Shown here: piece by piece, positions 14,354-15,350 of the stretch
Position numbering within the stretch: position 1 is the first letter of the stretch
Layout of the letters: each line of letters starts with the position of its first letter
Virus record (IMG/VR): IMGVR_UViG_2690316153_000018
Direction: 5' to 3' (one strand)
Source of the DNA: a virus
Taxonomy: Duplodnaviria; Heunggongvirae; Uroviricota; Caudoviricetes
Length of the DNA stretch: 15,350 nucleotides
Notes under the pieces: model-generated
Seen by the model: only the letters and a program-made list of their open reading frames with translations
What the model was told of the DNA's origin: nothing
Database searches by the model: none
Position numbers and translations under genes: made by a program

Positions 14354-15350
14354 AAAAGATAATGTACTGCCACCGCGGGTTAGATCGAATGGTTACAGTT
14401 ACGTGTGGAAACCCGAAGGAAGTACAAGAAGTATAGGGCTAGGAAGAGTGCGGAAAACCAGCGTAGCTAAAGTCTGGCAAAATTATGAACTGGAAAAAGC
14501 AAAACTCCACAACATAATGACCGTAGCTAAATTATGGCACATGTTTATGGACTCCCCTGCATTTACAGAACTGGCCCCCCGAACCCAAAAAGATTATCGA
14601 CAACATCAGAAGGCGTTGCTGATGGTATTCGGAAAAGTGCTTGCTGATAATGTCAAAACTGAGCAGGTAAGAATTTTCATGGATAAACGAGGGCTTGAGA
14701 GCAAGACCCAGGCAAATCATGAACTGGCAAGCCTGAGTCGAGTATACGGGTGGGGATATGAGCGTGGGTATGTGAAGAATAACCCATGCAAAGGAGTCAG
14801 AAAATTCTCTCTTAAAGCCCGCACTGTTTACATCACCGATGAACAGTATGCGGCGATATATGCGGAAGCAATTCCACAGTTACGCATTGCAATGGAGATT
14901 TCCTATCTCTGTGCGGCAAGACTCGGTGATGTGCTTGAGTTGAAATGGCAGGATATTATGGATAAAGGGATCTACATTGAGCAAAACAAAACCGGCACCA
15001 AACAAATCAAGGAATGGTCACCGCGATTACGTACAGCGATCCAGTTAGCCCGAAATGTATCTTCCTGTACATGCGAATATGTGATCAATACAACCAAAGG
15101 CGGGAAAGTCATAGCTAAAACGCTGAATAACTGGTGGAATCAGGCTAAACGCGCAGCCGAGCAAAAAGTTGGCGTTCCGTTCGGGTGTAATTTTCACGAC
15201 ATAAAAGCCAAGGGGATCTCAGATTACGAAGGCAGCAGTCGCGACAAACAAATTTTCAGCGGGCATAAAACAGAAAATCAGGTGTTGATTTACGATCGTA
15301 AAACAAAAATCACACCAACACTGGATTTGCCGCTCGTGGTTAGCAAGTAG
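14331..15350 (+). CDS. int: Lambda-family tyrosine integrase (339 aa, apparently intact)
   Basis: N-terminus MGRPRKNKKDNVLPPRVRSNGYSYVWKPEGSTRSIGLGRV resembles lambda Int. Catalytic-region residues are visible (KWQDIMDKGIYIEQNKTG..., FHDIKAKG, SGHKTENQVLIYDRK with the putative catalytic Tyr). The stop codon is the last three bases of the window. Confidence 0.9.
   Translation: MGRPRKNKKDNVLPPRVRSNGYSYVWKPEGSTRSIGLGRVRKTSVAKVWQNYELEKAKLHNIMTVAKLWHMFMDSPAFTELAPRTQKDYRQHQKALLMVFGKVLADNVKTEQVRIFMDKRGLESKTQANHELASLSRVYGWGYERGYVKNNPCKGVRKFSLKARTVYITDEQYAAIYAEAIPQLRIAMEISYLCAARLGDVLELKWQDIMDKGIYIEQNKTGTKQIKEWSPRLRTAIQLARNVSSCTCEYVINTTKGGKVIAKTLNNWWNQAKRAAEQKVGVPFGCNFHDIKAKGISDYEGSSRDKQIFSGHKTENQVLIYDRKTKITPTLDLPLVVSK

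Noticed and set aside
1-15350. Search for tRNA genes, CRISPR repeats, IS-element terminal inverted repeats and att core duplications
   Set aside because: No cloverleaf-compatible region with a conserved T-loop/anticodon arrangement, no regularly spaced direct repeats and no transposase ORF were seen. The integrase is at the extreme right edge, so att and any tRNA target must lie outside the window.

Overview
This window reads as part of a lambdoid prophage of the Qin/Kim (dicB-carrying) type, as found in Escherichia coli and close relatives. All calls come from reading the sequence and the supplied ORF translations; no database search, HMM or composition calculation was run. On the minus strand, from about 9700 leftward, lies a rightward-operon analogue: cro-like dicC, a 173-aa unknown, an O-like replication protein, a 140-aa unknown, hokD, several small unknowns, a DUF968/YdfU-like protein, and the start of a RusA-like resolvase at the left edge. 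On the plus strand, from 9781 rightward, lie dicA, ydfA, ydfB, ydfC, the DicF sRNA, dicB, ydfD, a full-length 705-aa YdfE-like exonuclease, an excisionase-like gene and a complete lambda-family integrase ending at the right edge. Two accessory insertions interrupt this backbone. The first (about 4440-7550) is a visibly AT-rich island with a 4-TM membrane protein and a small SAM-methyltransferase-fold protein in one operon, plus a convergent 299-aa protein; I do not recognise it as any described system and it is the best candidate for a novel defence, abortive-infection or lysogenic-conversion module. The second (1926-3660) is a two-gene cassette encoding an unknown 216-aa protein coupled to an HTH-XRE/ImmA-IrrE metallopeptidase fusion, bracketed by two copies of the same terminator hairpin. 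No tRNA, rRNA, CRISPR array, IS element or att site was identified in the window.
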